Shown here: one piece after another, positions 1-11,348 of the stretch | Layout of the letters: each line of letters opens with the position of its first letter | Numbering within the stretch: the stretch's first letter is position 1 | Assembly (NCBI RefSeq): GCF_006345805.1 | Contig: NC_043002.1 | Span: forward strand, 21,018,001 to 21,082,000 | DNA: 64,000 nucleotides | Source of the DNA: Octopus sinensis | Taxonomy: Eukaryota | Direction: 5' to 3' | Program-made: the position numbers and the translations under genes | The notes under the pieces: model-generated | What the model was told of the DNA's origin: nothing | What the model saw: the letters and a program-made list of their open reading frames with translations, nothing else | The model's database searches: none

Positions 1-199
1 CATTTGTCTATATCGTTGATCACAGTTCCCAATGCACCAATTATTACAGGCATAACCTTTACAGTTTTTATTTTCCAGATTCTTGCAATTTCAAATTTTA
101 AGAGATTGTACTTTTTTAATTGTTCATTCTCTTTCTTTACAATCCTGGAATCAAATGAACATAATGGATTCGCTAGTTAGCAATTTTGTTTGTCACCTT

Positions 200-510
200 A
201 CTGGCACTTGTGCTGGTGGCACGTGAAAAAACATTCGAGAGAGGTCATTGCCAGTGCCGCTGGACTGGCTCCTGAGCAGGTGGCACGTAAAAAGCACCAT
301 TTGAGCGTGGCCGTTGTCAGTATCGCCTGACTGGCCCTCGTGCCAGTGGCATGTAAAAGCACCCACTGCACTCTCAGAGTGGTTGGCATTAGGAAGGGCA
401 TCCAGCTGTAGAAACTCTGCCAGATCAGATTGGAGTCTGGTGCAGCCATCTGGTTTGCCAGACCTCTGTCAAATTATCCAACCCATGCTAGCATGGAAAG
501 CAGACGTTAA

Positions 511-548
<38 letters not shown>
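200..548 (+). mobile_element. RTE-type LINE 3' UTR fragment (family D) ending in (TGA)n
   Basis: GTGCCA/TGGCAC-rich internal repeats, ends GACGTTAAA(TGA)n; same sequence is attached to an RTE C-terminal coding stretch at 36935-37725. Confidence 0.8.
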
Positions 549-815
549 ATATTATTGTTATGTCTGGTCTATTATTTTCCAGCTTCTTATCCATTTGAGT
601 AGAAAACCCCATAAAACTGTGTGTTTCTCCAGTTCCAGCACCCTTTTCACCTTATGATCATACCATGTACCTCCAGTTTCAAATCCTCACTTCTGACAAA
701 ACCTCCAGAATAAAACTTTCACAACTTGGTCATGCCTCCATTTCTTTATATTCTCCCTGGGTCAGATTTGGACATTCTGCAACACTGTGTGTCACTGTCA
801 CTTTCTAAATTCCAC
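549..815 (-). mobile_element. R4/Dong-like non-LTR retrotransposon fragment (CCHC to REL region), frameshifted
   Basis: Minus-strand translation across frameshifts: VTHSVAECPNLTQGEY-KKWRHDQVVKVLFW...WYDHKV...DKKLENNRPDITI; parallels the ORF at 13651-15027. Confidence 0.7.
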
Positions 816-1036
816 AGATTCCATATTTTTTCTGATACCTTCTACTCACACACATATTTTCTCATGTTATTTATTTTTATTGTAGAGTTCAACTTTGACT
901 TTCATCCTTTCAGGGTCATTAAAATAAGAACTAGCTGAGCACCAGGGTCGATGTAATTGACTTACTCCCTTCTCTGAAACTGCTGGCGTTGTGCTAAAAT
1001 TTGAAACCATTATTAATACTATTATAATTATTATTA

Positions 1037-1352
1037 GTGAAGGTGCATGGCTCAGTGGTTAGAGCATCGAGCTTACGATTGTGAGATTGTGAGTTTGAAT
1101 CTCCGACTCGGCTGCGTGTTGTGTCTTGAGCAAGACACTTTATTTCACATTGCTCCAGTTCACTCAGCTGTAGAAATGAGTTGCAAAGCTGTATCGGCCC
1201 TTGCCTTCCCTTGGATAACACTGGTGGTGTGGAGAGGGGAGACTGTATGCATGGGTGACTGCTGGTCTTCCGTAAACAACCTTGCCTGGACTTGTGCCTG
1301 GGAGGATAACTTTCTAGGATCAATCCCACGGTCAGCCATGACCGAAGGGGGT
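1037..1352 (+). mobile_element. tRNA-derived SINE, family C
   Basis: A box TGGCTCAGTGGTTAGAGC, degenerate B box; full-length homologue on minus strand at 23284-23592. Confidence 0.85.
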
Positions 1353-1368
1353 TTCAATTATCATTACT

Positions 1369-1582
1369 AAGGCAGTGAGCTGGCAGAATCATTAGCACAC
1401 TGGGAAAAATGCTTAATGGTATTTCATCCATTTTTATGTTGTGAGTTCAAATTCCGCTAAGGTCGACTTTGCCTTTCATTCTTTCAGGGTTGATAGATTA
1501 AATACCAGTGAAATACTGGGGTTTATCTAATCACCTTACCCCCTCCTTCAAAATTTCAGGTCTTGTGCCTTTAGTAGAAAGG
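1369..1582 (+). mobile_element. tRNA-derived SINE, family B
   Basis: GAGCTGGCAGAATC head, GAGTTCAAATTCC B box, GGTCGACTTTGCCTTTCAT core, CTTGTGCCT..AGTAGAAA tail shared with about 10 copies. Confidence 0.85.
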
Positions 1583-1607
1583 ATTATTATTATCATCCTC
1601 ATCATCA

Positions 1608-1937
1608 TCATTGTATTTGACAGAATTATTTACTACAGATATCACTATAATATGGTTTCTTTCCAATATGATTATGTATGTGTTTTGTTAAAATACTACT
1701 TTCAGAGAATGATTTATTGCAGAAATCACAGTAATATGTTTGCTCTCCTGTATGAAACTATTTGTATTTAGCTAAGCTAGTAATTACAGAGAATGATGTA
1801 TCACAGATGTTACAGTGATATGGTTTCTCTCTGGTATGAATATACTTGTGAGTATTTCTGTTACCTTTTTAAGAGAATGATATACCACAGATGGTCAAAG
1901 TGGTATGAGGAATTTCTTATCTTTTTTGGCTCTTCTT
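1608..1937 (-). pseudogene. Degenerate C2H2 zinc-finger array exon (about 4 fingers, in-frame stops)
   Basis: 84-nt periodicity; minus-strand translation [86 protein letters not shown]; pyrimidine-rich acceptor-like tract upstream. Confidence 0.9.
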
Positions 1938-2332
1938 CAGGAGAAAACAAAAAATATAAAAAACCAATCAATCAAAATTCTCACATAATTCATTTCCCAA
2001 AAAGTTTCCTTTTCTCATCACAATATACAAATATTTTTCTTATTTTCATTTTGATATTCCATTCCTGGCAAATATTTTTACTGCTATATTTCCACTGTCC
2101 ACAATCTTTGTTGATATATGTAGACATTGCAAGTTCCTATGCATATTTGTTCAAGTTTAATTACAATATTAAATAATCTTGTATATATTCCAGACGGTAA
2201 AGAAGAGAAATGTTACTAAAAATTTCATGAAGCAAAACCATTCCTCAGTAATTCTATAACAGATTTATATAAACAGAGTTACATTTATTCTGTTTAACAT
2301 CTTTCTTTAGTCTTTAAAAAGTTGATAAATAT

Positions 2333-2527
2333 TCTTTTCTACTCTAGGCACAAGGCCTGAAATTTTGGGGGAGGAGGCCAGTCAATTAGATCGACCCCAG
2401 TATGCAACTGGTACTTAATTTATGGATCCCGAAAAGATGAAAGGCAAAATCAACCTCGGCAGAATTTGAACTCAGAAAATAAAGACAGATGAAATACCGT
2501 TAAGTATTTCTGCCTGTTCGCTGCCTT
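2333..2527 (-). mobile_element. SINE family B
   Basis: Reverse complement of family B core and tail. Confidence 0.8.
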
Positions 2528-2967
2528 GAATTGTTTTAATAATAATAATGAGCTAATTGTTTTTATAATATTGTTTTAATTGTAATAATAATAATGAGCG
2601 AATTATTGACAAATGAATGCCAGTGGTCAAGCAGTGAGCAGGGGGAAAACTCACACATCCACCATGCATGTGCGCACACACACATACATGCACACACCCA
2701 CTCACACACACAAACACCCACACAAACACTCATGCACAAACGCACACTCACATACAAACACGCACTCACACACAAACACACACACACACACTCATAAACA
2801 CATATATATAATATACGTGATTACTACAAACATTTTTACTCCCTTACCTTTACTCCCTCCCCTTACTTAGCGGTCATTCTAATAGCTCTTTTGTCTTAAT
2901 AACGGTCAATCACACAGTAATTTCCCTTTGTTTAACGGTCATTTTCATAGCATTTTTTTGATGGCCT

Positions 2968-3028
2968 GATAACTGAAGAGATGCCGGCATGGGTTTCCGC
3001 CCCGCCATCCGAAACACGGAGTTTTAAC
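2968..3028 (+). ncRNA. Minimal hammerhead-ribozyme-like motif in a probable PLE pLTR fragment
   Basis: TAA-CTGAAGA-GATG...CATC-C-GAAA-CACGGA-GTT-TTA: core boxes, helix II, 3-bp helix I. Confidence 0.45.
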
Positions 3029-3136
3029 ATGGCTACTGAATAATTGTCGCATATATTTACAGATAAATTCCTCTATTTACATAATATCGAGGTCTCTTTT
3101 ATTCTTTTGTTGTCTTACCATTTCTATATATATATA

Positions 3137-3358
3137 TATCATCATCATCATCATCGTTTAACGTCCATTTTCCGTGCTAGCACAGGTTGGACGGTTCGTC
3201 CAGGATCTGGGAAGCCAGGAGGCTGCACCAGGCTCCTGTCTGATCTGGCAGTGTTTCTACAGCTGGATGCCCATTCCTAACGCCAACCACTCCGTGTGTG
3301 TAGTGGGTGCCTTTTACGTGCTACTGGCACAAGTGCCAGGGGAAGCTGGCAGTGGCCA
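3137..3358 (-). mobile_element. RTE-type LINE 3' UTR fragment (family D)
   Basis: (CAT)n-TTAACGTCC end; matches 200-548; sits in a TA run. Confidence 0.8.
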
Positions 3359-3507
3359 CGATATATATATATATATATATAGTGGTCCAAGAATCCATAA
3401 ATCAGAAAAAATATGTACTCTTATATTTGTCAATACAATGAGTGAGTATATTCATCAAATGTACAGTATTATATATCCATTACAGCTGATCTTATCCATC
3501 AGTTTTG

Positions 3508-3826
3508 CACTAAGTATTAAGTCAGATGCTGGATAACAGTCTGGTTATTTATCATCATGTATTCAACAGAGCTTGCTGATATGGTAAAAAATATGGCAAC
3601 AGCTCTCTGTTTTTGGAGGTAAAAAATAACACATCCCATTTGTGGTTGCTGTGAAAAGAAATGAAGAGAACTAAGCATGGGTTATCCTTCTTCACAGCCC
3701 CATCAAAGGGATGTTTTATTACCTCCAGTAACAGAGAGCAGTCACCATATTTTTTTCCATACTTGTTAACTCTGATGAACAGATGGTGTTACATAAGTGG
3801 GCTGTTATCCTGTTTAATACCCAGTG
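3508..3826. repeat. Degenerate long inverted repeat (~150-bp arms)
   Basis: e.g. ATGGTAAAAAATATGGCAACAGCTCTCTGTTTTTGGAGGTAA pairs with TTACCTCCAGTAACAGAGAGCAGTCACCATATTTTTTTCCAT; pairing continues out to GGATAACAG/CTGTTATCC and GTATTAA/TTAATAC. Confidence 0.8.
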
Positions 3827-3850
3827 TGAGACCAAGTATTTTGATATTCT

Positions 3851-4005
3851 AGGTATAGCTGTGTGACAAGACATTTGCTTCCCAGTCACATAGTTCTGGG
3901 TTCAGTCCTTCTGTGTGGCACCTTAGGAAAGTGTATTCTACTATAGCCTCAGGCCGATCAAAGCCTTGTGAGTGGATTTGGTAGATGGAAACCGAAAGAA
4001 GCCCG

Positions 4006-4054
<49 letters not shown>

Positions 4055-4138
4055 ATGGTGTATTAAAGTATTGATTGGGTATCATCTGATAGTTGATGTT
4101 TTATTGATTTAAGTATGTTTCTCCATTCTCTAATTTTG

Positions 4139-4176
<38 letters not shown>

Positions 4177-4459
4177 CGGGCTTCTTTCAGTTTCCATCTA
4201 CCAAATCCCCTCACATATTTATACATATGTGTCTGCGTGTGTGTGTGTACTTTTGTGTCTGTGTTTGTCTGTCACCACTGCTTGATGGCAGATGTTGATT
4301 ATTTATGTTTCCATAACATAGCAGTTCACCAAAAGAAACTGATAGAACAAGTACCACGTTTAAAAACAAAAATAAGTGCCAGGGTTGATTCATTCAACTA
4401 AAAATTCTTTGAGGCAGTACCCCAGCATGGCCGCAGTCTAATGACTGAAACAAGTAAAA
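3851..4459 (+). mobile_element. tRNA-derived SINE family A (CORE-like CCTTGGGCAAGTG block) with insertion and internal inversion
   Basis: Head 3851-4010, TA run, 90-bp insert, inverted copy of head end at 4172-4215, then body and CAGCATGGCCGCAGTC..GAAACAAGTAAAA tail. Confidence 0.8.
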
Positions 4460-4824
4460 ACAAGAGCATTTAAAGAGTGCAAATCTCCACCAAAGCAACA
4501 CCAACGTCCTCTCAATGATTAGCCGGAGATGACTTTTAAAATGAGAATATCTGAAATAAACTCTACTGCTCTCACAAACGAGAATACTATAAGTGAATCA
4601 CTCTCAAAAAATGAAGTAAAAAGGCAGGAAAAATAATCCAGAATCCTTGTCTGGTACTGGATCGATCCCAAAATCTAATCAGTTTGTGCCAGTCACAAGG
4701 CCAGACATCCCTGAAAGTTTCATCTGAATCCATCCAGGAGTTCTTGGGATATCTTATCCACGGACAAAGAACAAACAAATATGACTAAAAACAATACCTC
4801 TGCCTTCGCTAAGGCAAAGGTAAT
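4459..4824 (-). mobile_element. Helentron-associated non-autonomous element (HINE/DINE-like)
   Basis: Terminal hairpin CCTCTGCCTT-CGCT-AAGGCAAAGG, matching subterminal CTCCACCAAAG motif at other end; second copy at 43977-44284. Confidence 0.6.
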
Positions 4825-4934
4825 AAAGGATAAAAGATAAAGAATGGTGTCCATTTCTCAGACTTGTAAAGCAGCGATGTGATGTACAGTAAGCCATTGC
4901 TCGTTAGCAAGCATGACTTGGTTGCTTGTACCAT

Positions 4935-5197
4935 GCATTCACTGCTTTAGGTGCCTATGTAGACTATAGAGACACCTCTCATCTCAGTCACCCTTAATCC
5001 AGTGGAAGGTCTGGGATGTGACATTCGGAAGGAGAGATGGCTACACCAGCACGTGACTGATTCTTTTTTTAAAACAGTTGAGCTGACTGAAGCAATGTGA
5101 AATGAAATGCCTTGTTCAAGAACACAATGCAACATCCTGTCCAGGAATTGAACTACGACCTAATGATCATTAGCTGAACACCTTAACCACTAGGCAT
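4935..5197 (-). mobile_element. SINE family C2 (C-like tRNA head, different body)
   Basis: Matches 39225-39430 in opposite orientation. Confidence 0.65.
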
Positions 5198-5336
5198 TGT
5201 AGATACAAAGCTTGGTCTTTGTATTTATGATACAGTGAAAGCCATTTTAGTGTTATCATTTTAAGACGTGCCTTTCAGTAGCAATAACAGGTTGATAATA
5301 TTAAGCAGGAGAGGTGACAATATCCTGAGTGCGTTT

Positions 5337-5481
5337 AAGGCAGAAATGTTAGCACGCCGAGGTCGACTTTGCTTTCATCCTTTTAGGGTCGATAAATTAA
5401 GTACCAGTTGAGTACTGAGGTCGATTTAATCGACTGGCCTCTTCATCCAAAATTTCGGACCTTGTGCCTAGAGTAGAAAAG
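5337..5481 (+). mobile_element. Internally deleted SINE B with 17-bp TSD
   Basis: ATATCCTGAGTGCGTTT at 5320-5336 and 5483-5499. Confidence 0.85.
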
Positions 5482-5535
5482 TATATCCTGAGTGCGTTTG
5501 AACCCACTACTTTCGATAATAATAACCGTTTGATA

Positions 5536-5921
5536 AAGGCGGCAAGGTGGCAGAAACGTTAGCACGCAGGGCAAAATGCTTAGCAGTATGTCGTCTGTCT
5601 TTATGTTCTGAGTTCAAACTTCGCCGAAGTTGACTTTGCCTTTCATCCTTTCGGGGTCGATAAATTAAGTACCAGTTACGCACTGGGGTTGATGTAATCG
5701 ACTTAATCCGTTTGTCCTCTCTGTGTTTAGCCCCTTGTGGGTAGTAAAGAAATAGGTATTTCGTCTGCCGTTACGTTCTGAGTTCAAATTCCGCCGAGGT
5801 CGACTTTGCCGTTCAACCTTTCGGGATCTATAAATCTAAGTACCAGTTGCGTACTGGGGTCGATCTAATCGACTGGTCCCCTCCCCAAAATGTTCGGGCC
5901 TTGTACCTAAAGTAGAAAAGA
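5536..5921 (+). mobile_element. SINE B dimer
   Basis: Two successive B-box/core units; flanked by ATAA(C/T)CGTTTGATAA direct repeat. Confidence 0.85.
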
Positions 5922-6164
5922 ATGATAATCGTTTGATAAGGTTATTTGAGTTTATATATTAAGAGGCTTCAGTTTTATGTGGGAAATAAGGAGAATTTAG
6001 AAAAGAATAACGAAAAGACAACATTGCCTTCTGTTTCTTTTAACTTACGAAACATATGGCGGTGCCCCAGCATGGCCACAGCTCATTAGCTGAAACTGGA
6101 AAAATCAAATCAAAATCATATGAAAACAGAGAGAAGCAGATAAAAGGAAATGTTTATAATTTAA

Positions 6165-6800
6165 ATGCATGTGGATTATCAATTCTGCGGCTTTATATAG
6201 CTATGGTAAGACCTCACCTGGAATTTGCATCACCGGTCTGGAACCCCTATCTCGCCCAGGATATCAATCGTCTGGAAGCCGTTCAGCGACGTGCAACCAA
6301 AAGAATACCCTCCATCAGGCATTTGCCATATCCTGAACGCCTTACTTTCCTCGGCATGGACACATTGAAACTCCGACGTCTGGCAGCTGACTTGGCAGAC
6401 ACCCATAAAATTATTAACCATCTTAGAAACAATAATTCTGAGCACCTTTTCAAACTCCACCCGTCTAACACCCGTGGACATATTTACAAAGTCAGAAAAC
6501 AGCACAGCTCCCATGACTTCAGGAAACATTTTTTCACGCTGAGAGTTGCTGAAGCGTGGAACAAACTGCCGGCATCAGTTGTTAGTTGTCGGAGCACTGC
6601 ATCCTTCAAAACTTCCATGCTTTCTGAGATTCGCCAACACTACACCTGATTTTCTCCCCTCCATACACACACAAGCATGTATCTGACTCATACATTGTTC
6701 GCTTTCCAGACATTTTTACATTACTGCATGTACTTTATTTGCACTTTCTGACAAGTTGTGGTGCACCTGAGCACTGTATACAAAAAATTTCATTATATTA
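6165..6800 (+). mobile_element. CR1/L2-group LINE 3' fragment (ORF2 C-terminus plus 3' UTR)
   Basis: LYIAMVRPHLEFASPVWNPY...LEAVQRRATK...RRLAADL...TRGH...FFTLRV..AWNKLP; second copy at 15240-15525. Confidence 0.9.
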
Positions 6801-7176
6801 ATTTCTATCCACATTGACACAAAGAAGCTGTCACAACACGTTCAGAAGCAGAAACATTAAATCAGAGCAGAGAATAATAGCTTAAGGCGAACTTCAGGAA
6901 TTTACAACAAGCATTGATTTACATTTTCAGGCCAACGTAACAAAGAATGCTTTAACTCTTCCTTTCGAGTTCATGAAGTAATGTAAACGTGTGTATGAAA
7001 CAATAGAAAGAAATGAGTGGAATTATTTGGGAAGGTGCTTTAACAATAACCTGTCAGGGGAAGTAACTCTATCTACGTTTTCCGACAAAAGTCTTTCTTT
7101 CTGAAAGGATTGTGATGATGATGGTGATGGGAGGCTGGGAAGCCATTATATACTTTTTGCTCTATAAAATGTAGAT

Positions 7177-7340
7177 TTGATAATTCATCATCATTGTTAT
7201 CATCATCACCAATGCTACAATCCCCACACACATTATCGTCATCGTTGTCATCGTCGTGGTCGTCGTGGTCGCCGTGGTCGTCGTCGTCGTCGTCGTCATC
7301 ATCATCATAATCATCATCATCACCATCAACGTCGTCATCG
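7177..7340. repeat. CAT/CGT trinucleotide mosaic
   Basis: Direct reading. Confidence 0.9.
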
Positions 7341-7506
7341 TCTTTGTTGTAACACTGTTTTCGTTATCTACATTACAAAGATGGAGCTTTGTATCTTTGT
7401 TAGAAACCAGCTCCTTCTTCAGAGAAAGAACTAAAGTGATTAAATACAGAGACATGCATATACGTTGTACAGGCACATATGTGTATATATGTATGTATGT
7501 ATGTAT

Positions 7507-9037
7507 AACGAACCACGCATCCATGGAGCTGGTCTTGCCATCAAAACGAAAATCGTGGATCAACATAGATTTGTCTCAACTGCTGTCAGCGAGCGCCTGA
7601 TGACTGTTCGGACCCCGCTCACTTGGGACAGATACCTTACGTTGATCTCTGTCTACGCCCCTGCCCTCACACCTGAAGACGACGTCAAGACTTCGTTCTA
7701 CAACTTGCTTGACCGCTAGGACTTTAATAGCAGAGTCGACAGTTCTTGCTCGGTTTGGATGTCCCGAGGACTTCATTGCTCTGGTTCACTCCCTTCACGA
7801 CGGCATGGTGGTTAGGATATGCCATCAAAATGCCCTCACAGATCCGTTTCCCATCACTGGGGTTCTTAAGCAAGAATGCATCCTGGTACCAACCTGTTTC
7901 TTTCTGTATATGGCCTCTATGTTCAACGAAATCCCACTGGACTCGCCTTCCATCAACATGCGCTATCGCTTGGATGACGGACTCATCAATCTCGCACGTC
8001 TCCGCGCAAAGACGATTACCTTTGCCATCTCAATCCATGAGATGCAGTATGCCGACGACAATGCCACTCCGAGCCGGACCGTAAATGGCCTACAAAGGAC
8101 AACGCGGCTTATGAACGCTTCGGGATGCAGGTAAATATATTAAAGACCAAGATCCTGATCCAACCTGCACCAGGTCAGTACAGTCCATCTACGAACATTA
8201 GCATCAACGGCCAACCCCTAAAAGAAGTTGAACACTTCTCATACCTTGGGAGTATTCTTTCGAAGACCTCCATGTGTGAAAAGGACTTGGAGAACTGGAT
8301 CGGGGAGGCCCACTCTGCCTTCGGTAGACTCAGCCAACGTGTATTTTTCAATCACGCACTGACCATCCGGACAAAGATCTTGGTCTTCCGTGCTATTGTC
8401 CTGTCAACTCTTCTCTACGCTTGTGAGACTTGGACGCTGAACTGCTGTGACTTCAAGCGCCTTGAATGCTTCCAGTAATCCAAGCTAGGATAGATCCTCA
8501 ATATTCGATGGGAAGATCATATTACCAACAACGCGGTTCTTCGCTGCGCCTCTCTACCAAGCATCGAAGCCACCATTCTTCGCCATCGTTTGCGCTAGGC
8601 AGGTCACGTCCAGCGTATGGAGCCCTCTCGTCTTCTGAGGGTCATGCTCTACGTAGAGCTTGCAATCGGAACAAGACCTAGAGGAGGCCTTAAATTCCGT
8701 TTTAAAGACCTAAACTAACATCCAGCCATCCTCATGGGAACAGATTGCCATGGATAGGACAGCCAGGAGGACTGCTATCCACAATGGAACCAGCTCCTTC
8801 GAGTAGAACAGACAACTGAATGAGGAGGTAAAACGCAGGAGAAGAAAGGAGCGTCTTTAACATCCTCGACCCGCACCTAGCATTCCGTGCGAATTCTGCC
8901 CAAGATTCTTTCACCACCGACTTGGACTCCAAAGTTACATTCGGCACAAACATCTGCCGAGGAGACTGGACGGAGACTGACGAACCCAATGCTCGGATAC
9001 GAGCTGAAGCCGACGACGATGTATGTATGTATGTATG
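7507..9037 (+). mobile_element. RTE (BovB-like) LINE, 5' truncated and internally deleted
   Basis: APE fragment (GAGLAIK...SERLMTVR...LISVYAP...FY) joined near 7716 to RT (FGCPEDFIALVHSLHDGM...QYADD...INILKTK...YLGS...LLYACETW); (ATGT)n at both ends. Confidence 0.9.
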
Positions 9038-9235
9038 CTCTTTTACTTTTTTCAATCATTTGACCGTGGCCATGCTGGAGCACCGCCTTTAGTCGAGCAA
9101 ATCGACCCCAGGACTTATTCTATGTAAGCCTAGTACTTATTCTATCGGTCTTTTTTGCCGAACCGCTAAGTTACGATGACGTAAACGCACTAGCATCGGT
9201 TGCCAAGCGATGTTGGGGGGACAAACACAGACACA

Positions 9236-9325
<90 letters not shown>

Positions 9326-9487
9326 TATATATACGAAGGGCATCTTTCAGTTTCTCTCTACCAAATCCACTCATAAGGCGTTGGTCGGCCCGAGGTTATA
9401 GTAGAAGACACTTGCTCAAGGTGGGACTGAACCCGGAACCATGTGGTTGGTAAGCAAGGTACTTACCACACAGTCACTCCTACGCCT
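9038..9487 (-). mobile_element. SINE family A, full length
   Basis: Complete head, internal CA/TA microsatellite and tail; tail-to-tail with the RTE. Confidence 0.9.
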
Positions 9488-10254
9488 ACATTTATACATA
9501 CATGTATGTATGTATGTATGTATAAACGCTTATGCATGCATGTGTGTGTATGTTCATTTATTCTCTTTTCTGTTTCTATGAATGGAACTATATTTTCCAA
9601 TTTATCCTCTCCTGATTTAAGACGATAGTATTATTTGAGGGAAATTTGGCTGTTATATCAAGGAGATCGTGCTTTGAACTTTAGTGTTGCGCTGTTCCAG
9701 AACAGTTAAAGTAAAAAAAAAAAACTTGTGATGAAAAGCGTTTCAGTCGTGACAATCCCATCTTTTGTATATTAGAAGAATTTAGCTTTTATTTCAGGGT
9801 GTGGTTTGCGAGAGATTTTGCTACTATATTCAACAGGTTTAACGAAATTGCTATATATTTACCAAACCATGACATATGAAATAGCACAAGTGCTTCGTGT
9901 TATAATGGCTTCAATATGTCAGTTTTATTATTCACGAAAATATATAGCTTTCAGATGAATCTAAAGCGTAAGAAAATCCGAAAATTATATAACAAACCAA
10001 ACCTATTATATTTTGAATTAATTCTTAACAAACCAAACCTATTATATTTTGAATTAATTCTTAAACTGGTGAATTTTACGTCTATTATTTTATATATTTC
10101 GTTTGGTATGCATTAGAAAAGTATTCTCATTTAAATGACAATAAATATATGTCAACAAACTGCGAGATATTTAATCTCATTTGAGAGAGCACTAGTCTGA
10201 AAACCTAGTGGTTGGTATCTGGCTCAACCCTACGTTTCAGATTGTTGAAGTTAT

Positions 10255-10678
10255 GGATCTTATCGGTTTGAACGGCAGTTTTTAACATAATTTCTAGGTA
10301 ACTAAAAAATTTTAAACTTCGTATACTGGTAGAATGTGTTTATAAAACATATGTTTCTCTTGGCATTATTGAGAAAATTCTATAGTTTGTAAGATATTTG
10401 TTGTTTTTTTCTTGAATTTCTGCAATTTCAACCTACACTGACGTCCATTGAGGTAAACAACATTCTGTGCCGTATGAATATGTCCCTCGTTTATTTACAT
10501 TTGTGAAGAAAAAAAAAGATACCCTTCCACCACCCCTAACCCTAACCCTAACTAACCTTAACTAACCCTAACCCTAAAATAGATTGAAATGCAATAGATC
10601 GATACTAGGGTCATAATTATGGGAGACAATTTCATATGACACCGCTAGAAAAAACTGCCGTTCAAACCGAAAAGATCC
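10255..10678 (-). mobile_element. MITE with ~29-bp TIRs, 8-bp TSD and internal telomere-type repeats (copy 1)
   Basis: TIR GGATCTT(T/A)TCGGTTTGAACGGCAGTTTTT; TSD GAAGTTAT at 10247-10254 and 10679-10686; (CCCTAA)n inside. Confidence 0.92.
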
Positions 10679-10709
10679 GAAGTTATTGTCATCATCATCA
10701 TCATCATCA

Positions 10710-10756
<47 letters not shown>

Positions 10757-10879
10757 TGGAATTTCTATAGTTTGACATCTAAACGTTTGGGAGGTTGATT
10801 AAATCAAGGCTCATCTGAATATATATCCTCGCATTGTCATCATTATAATATGTGTGATTATGTATGAACGCGAACACAC

Positions 10880-11150
10880 AGTTCAGTAGACGGGAAACTG
10901 TGTAGAAGGGAAACTATGTAGCAGCCCGTCGAATATATACATATATGTGTGTGTTTATTCCCCACTACCATTTGACGGTTGACACCCAGCATTGGTTTGT
11001 CTAAGTCCCTGTAACTTAACGGCTCGGCAAAAGAGATTGTTAGAAGAAGTACCAGACTTAAAAACAAGTGTGGGGTCAATTTGTTCGACTAAACCCGTCA
11101 AGGTGGTGCTCCAAAATGGCTGCAGGCTAATGACCGAAACCTAAAAAAGA
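10880..11150 (+). mobile_element. SINE family A, 3' portion, diverged
   Basis: Body and tail motifs GGGGTCAATTTGTTCGACTAAA...GGTGCTCCA. Confidence 0.7.
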
Positions 11151-11348
11151 AAAATGAATGTTTATTAGTTTATATTTGTCCATCGAATCCAAGGACAGCC
11201 ATCTCTTTCATTTCTGGGTCCTACGTTGATTGTACGGCTTTGGTTGTGGAGGATGTCTTGTAAATGCTTTTATGGGGGTGAGGTGATAGATCAATTTTGC
11301 GTGTATACTACTTTTCTTGCATCTCCTGGTAGTATTGACTCCATTTTC

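Noticed and set aside
1508-2176. Plus-strand ORFs of 87 and 127 aa
   Set aside because: Antisense shadows of the minus-strand ZNF repeats plus AT-rich intron-like DNA
6056-6165. N-terminus of the 197-aa ORF
   Set aside because: Derived from a SINE A tail and AT-rich DNA fused in frame by chance to the CR1 fragment
7162-7600. Poly-His/Thr/Val ORFs
   Set aside because: Translations of trinucleotide microsatellite; the same applies to YI/HT/CV/LS-repeat ORFs throughout (16.3-17.0, 19.8-20.2, 23.5-24.2, 30.3-30.9, 40.5-41.4, 45.0-46.0, 52.0-52.4, 56.9-57.5, 61.3-61.7 kb)
9990-10061. Exact 36-bp tandem duplication
   Set aside because: Two units only; ordinary slippage or TSD-like duplication
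10530-10580. CCCTAA/TTAGGG runs as a telomere or fusion scar
   Set aside because: All three occurrences lie inside the same TIR/TSD-bounded MITE
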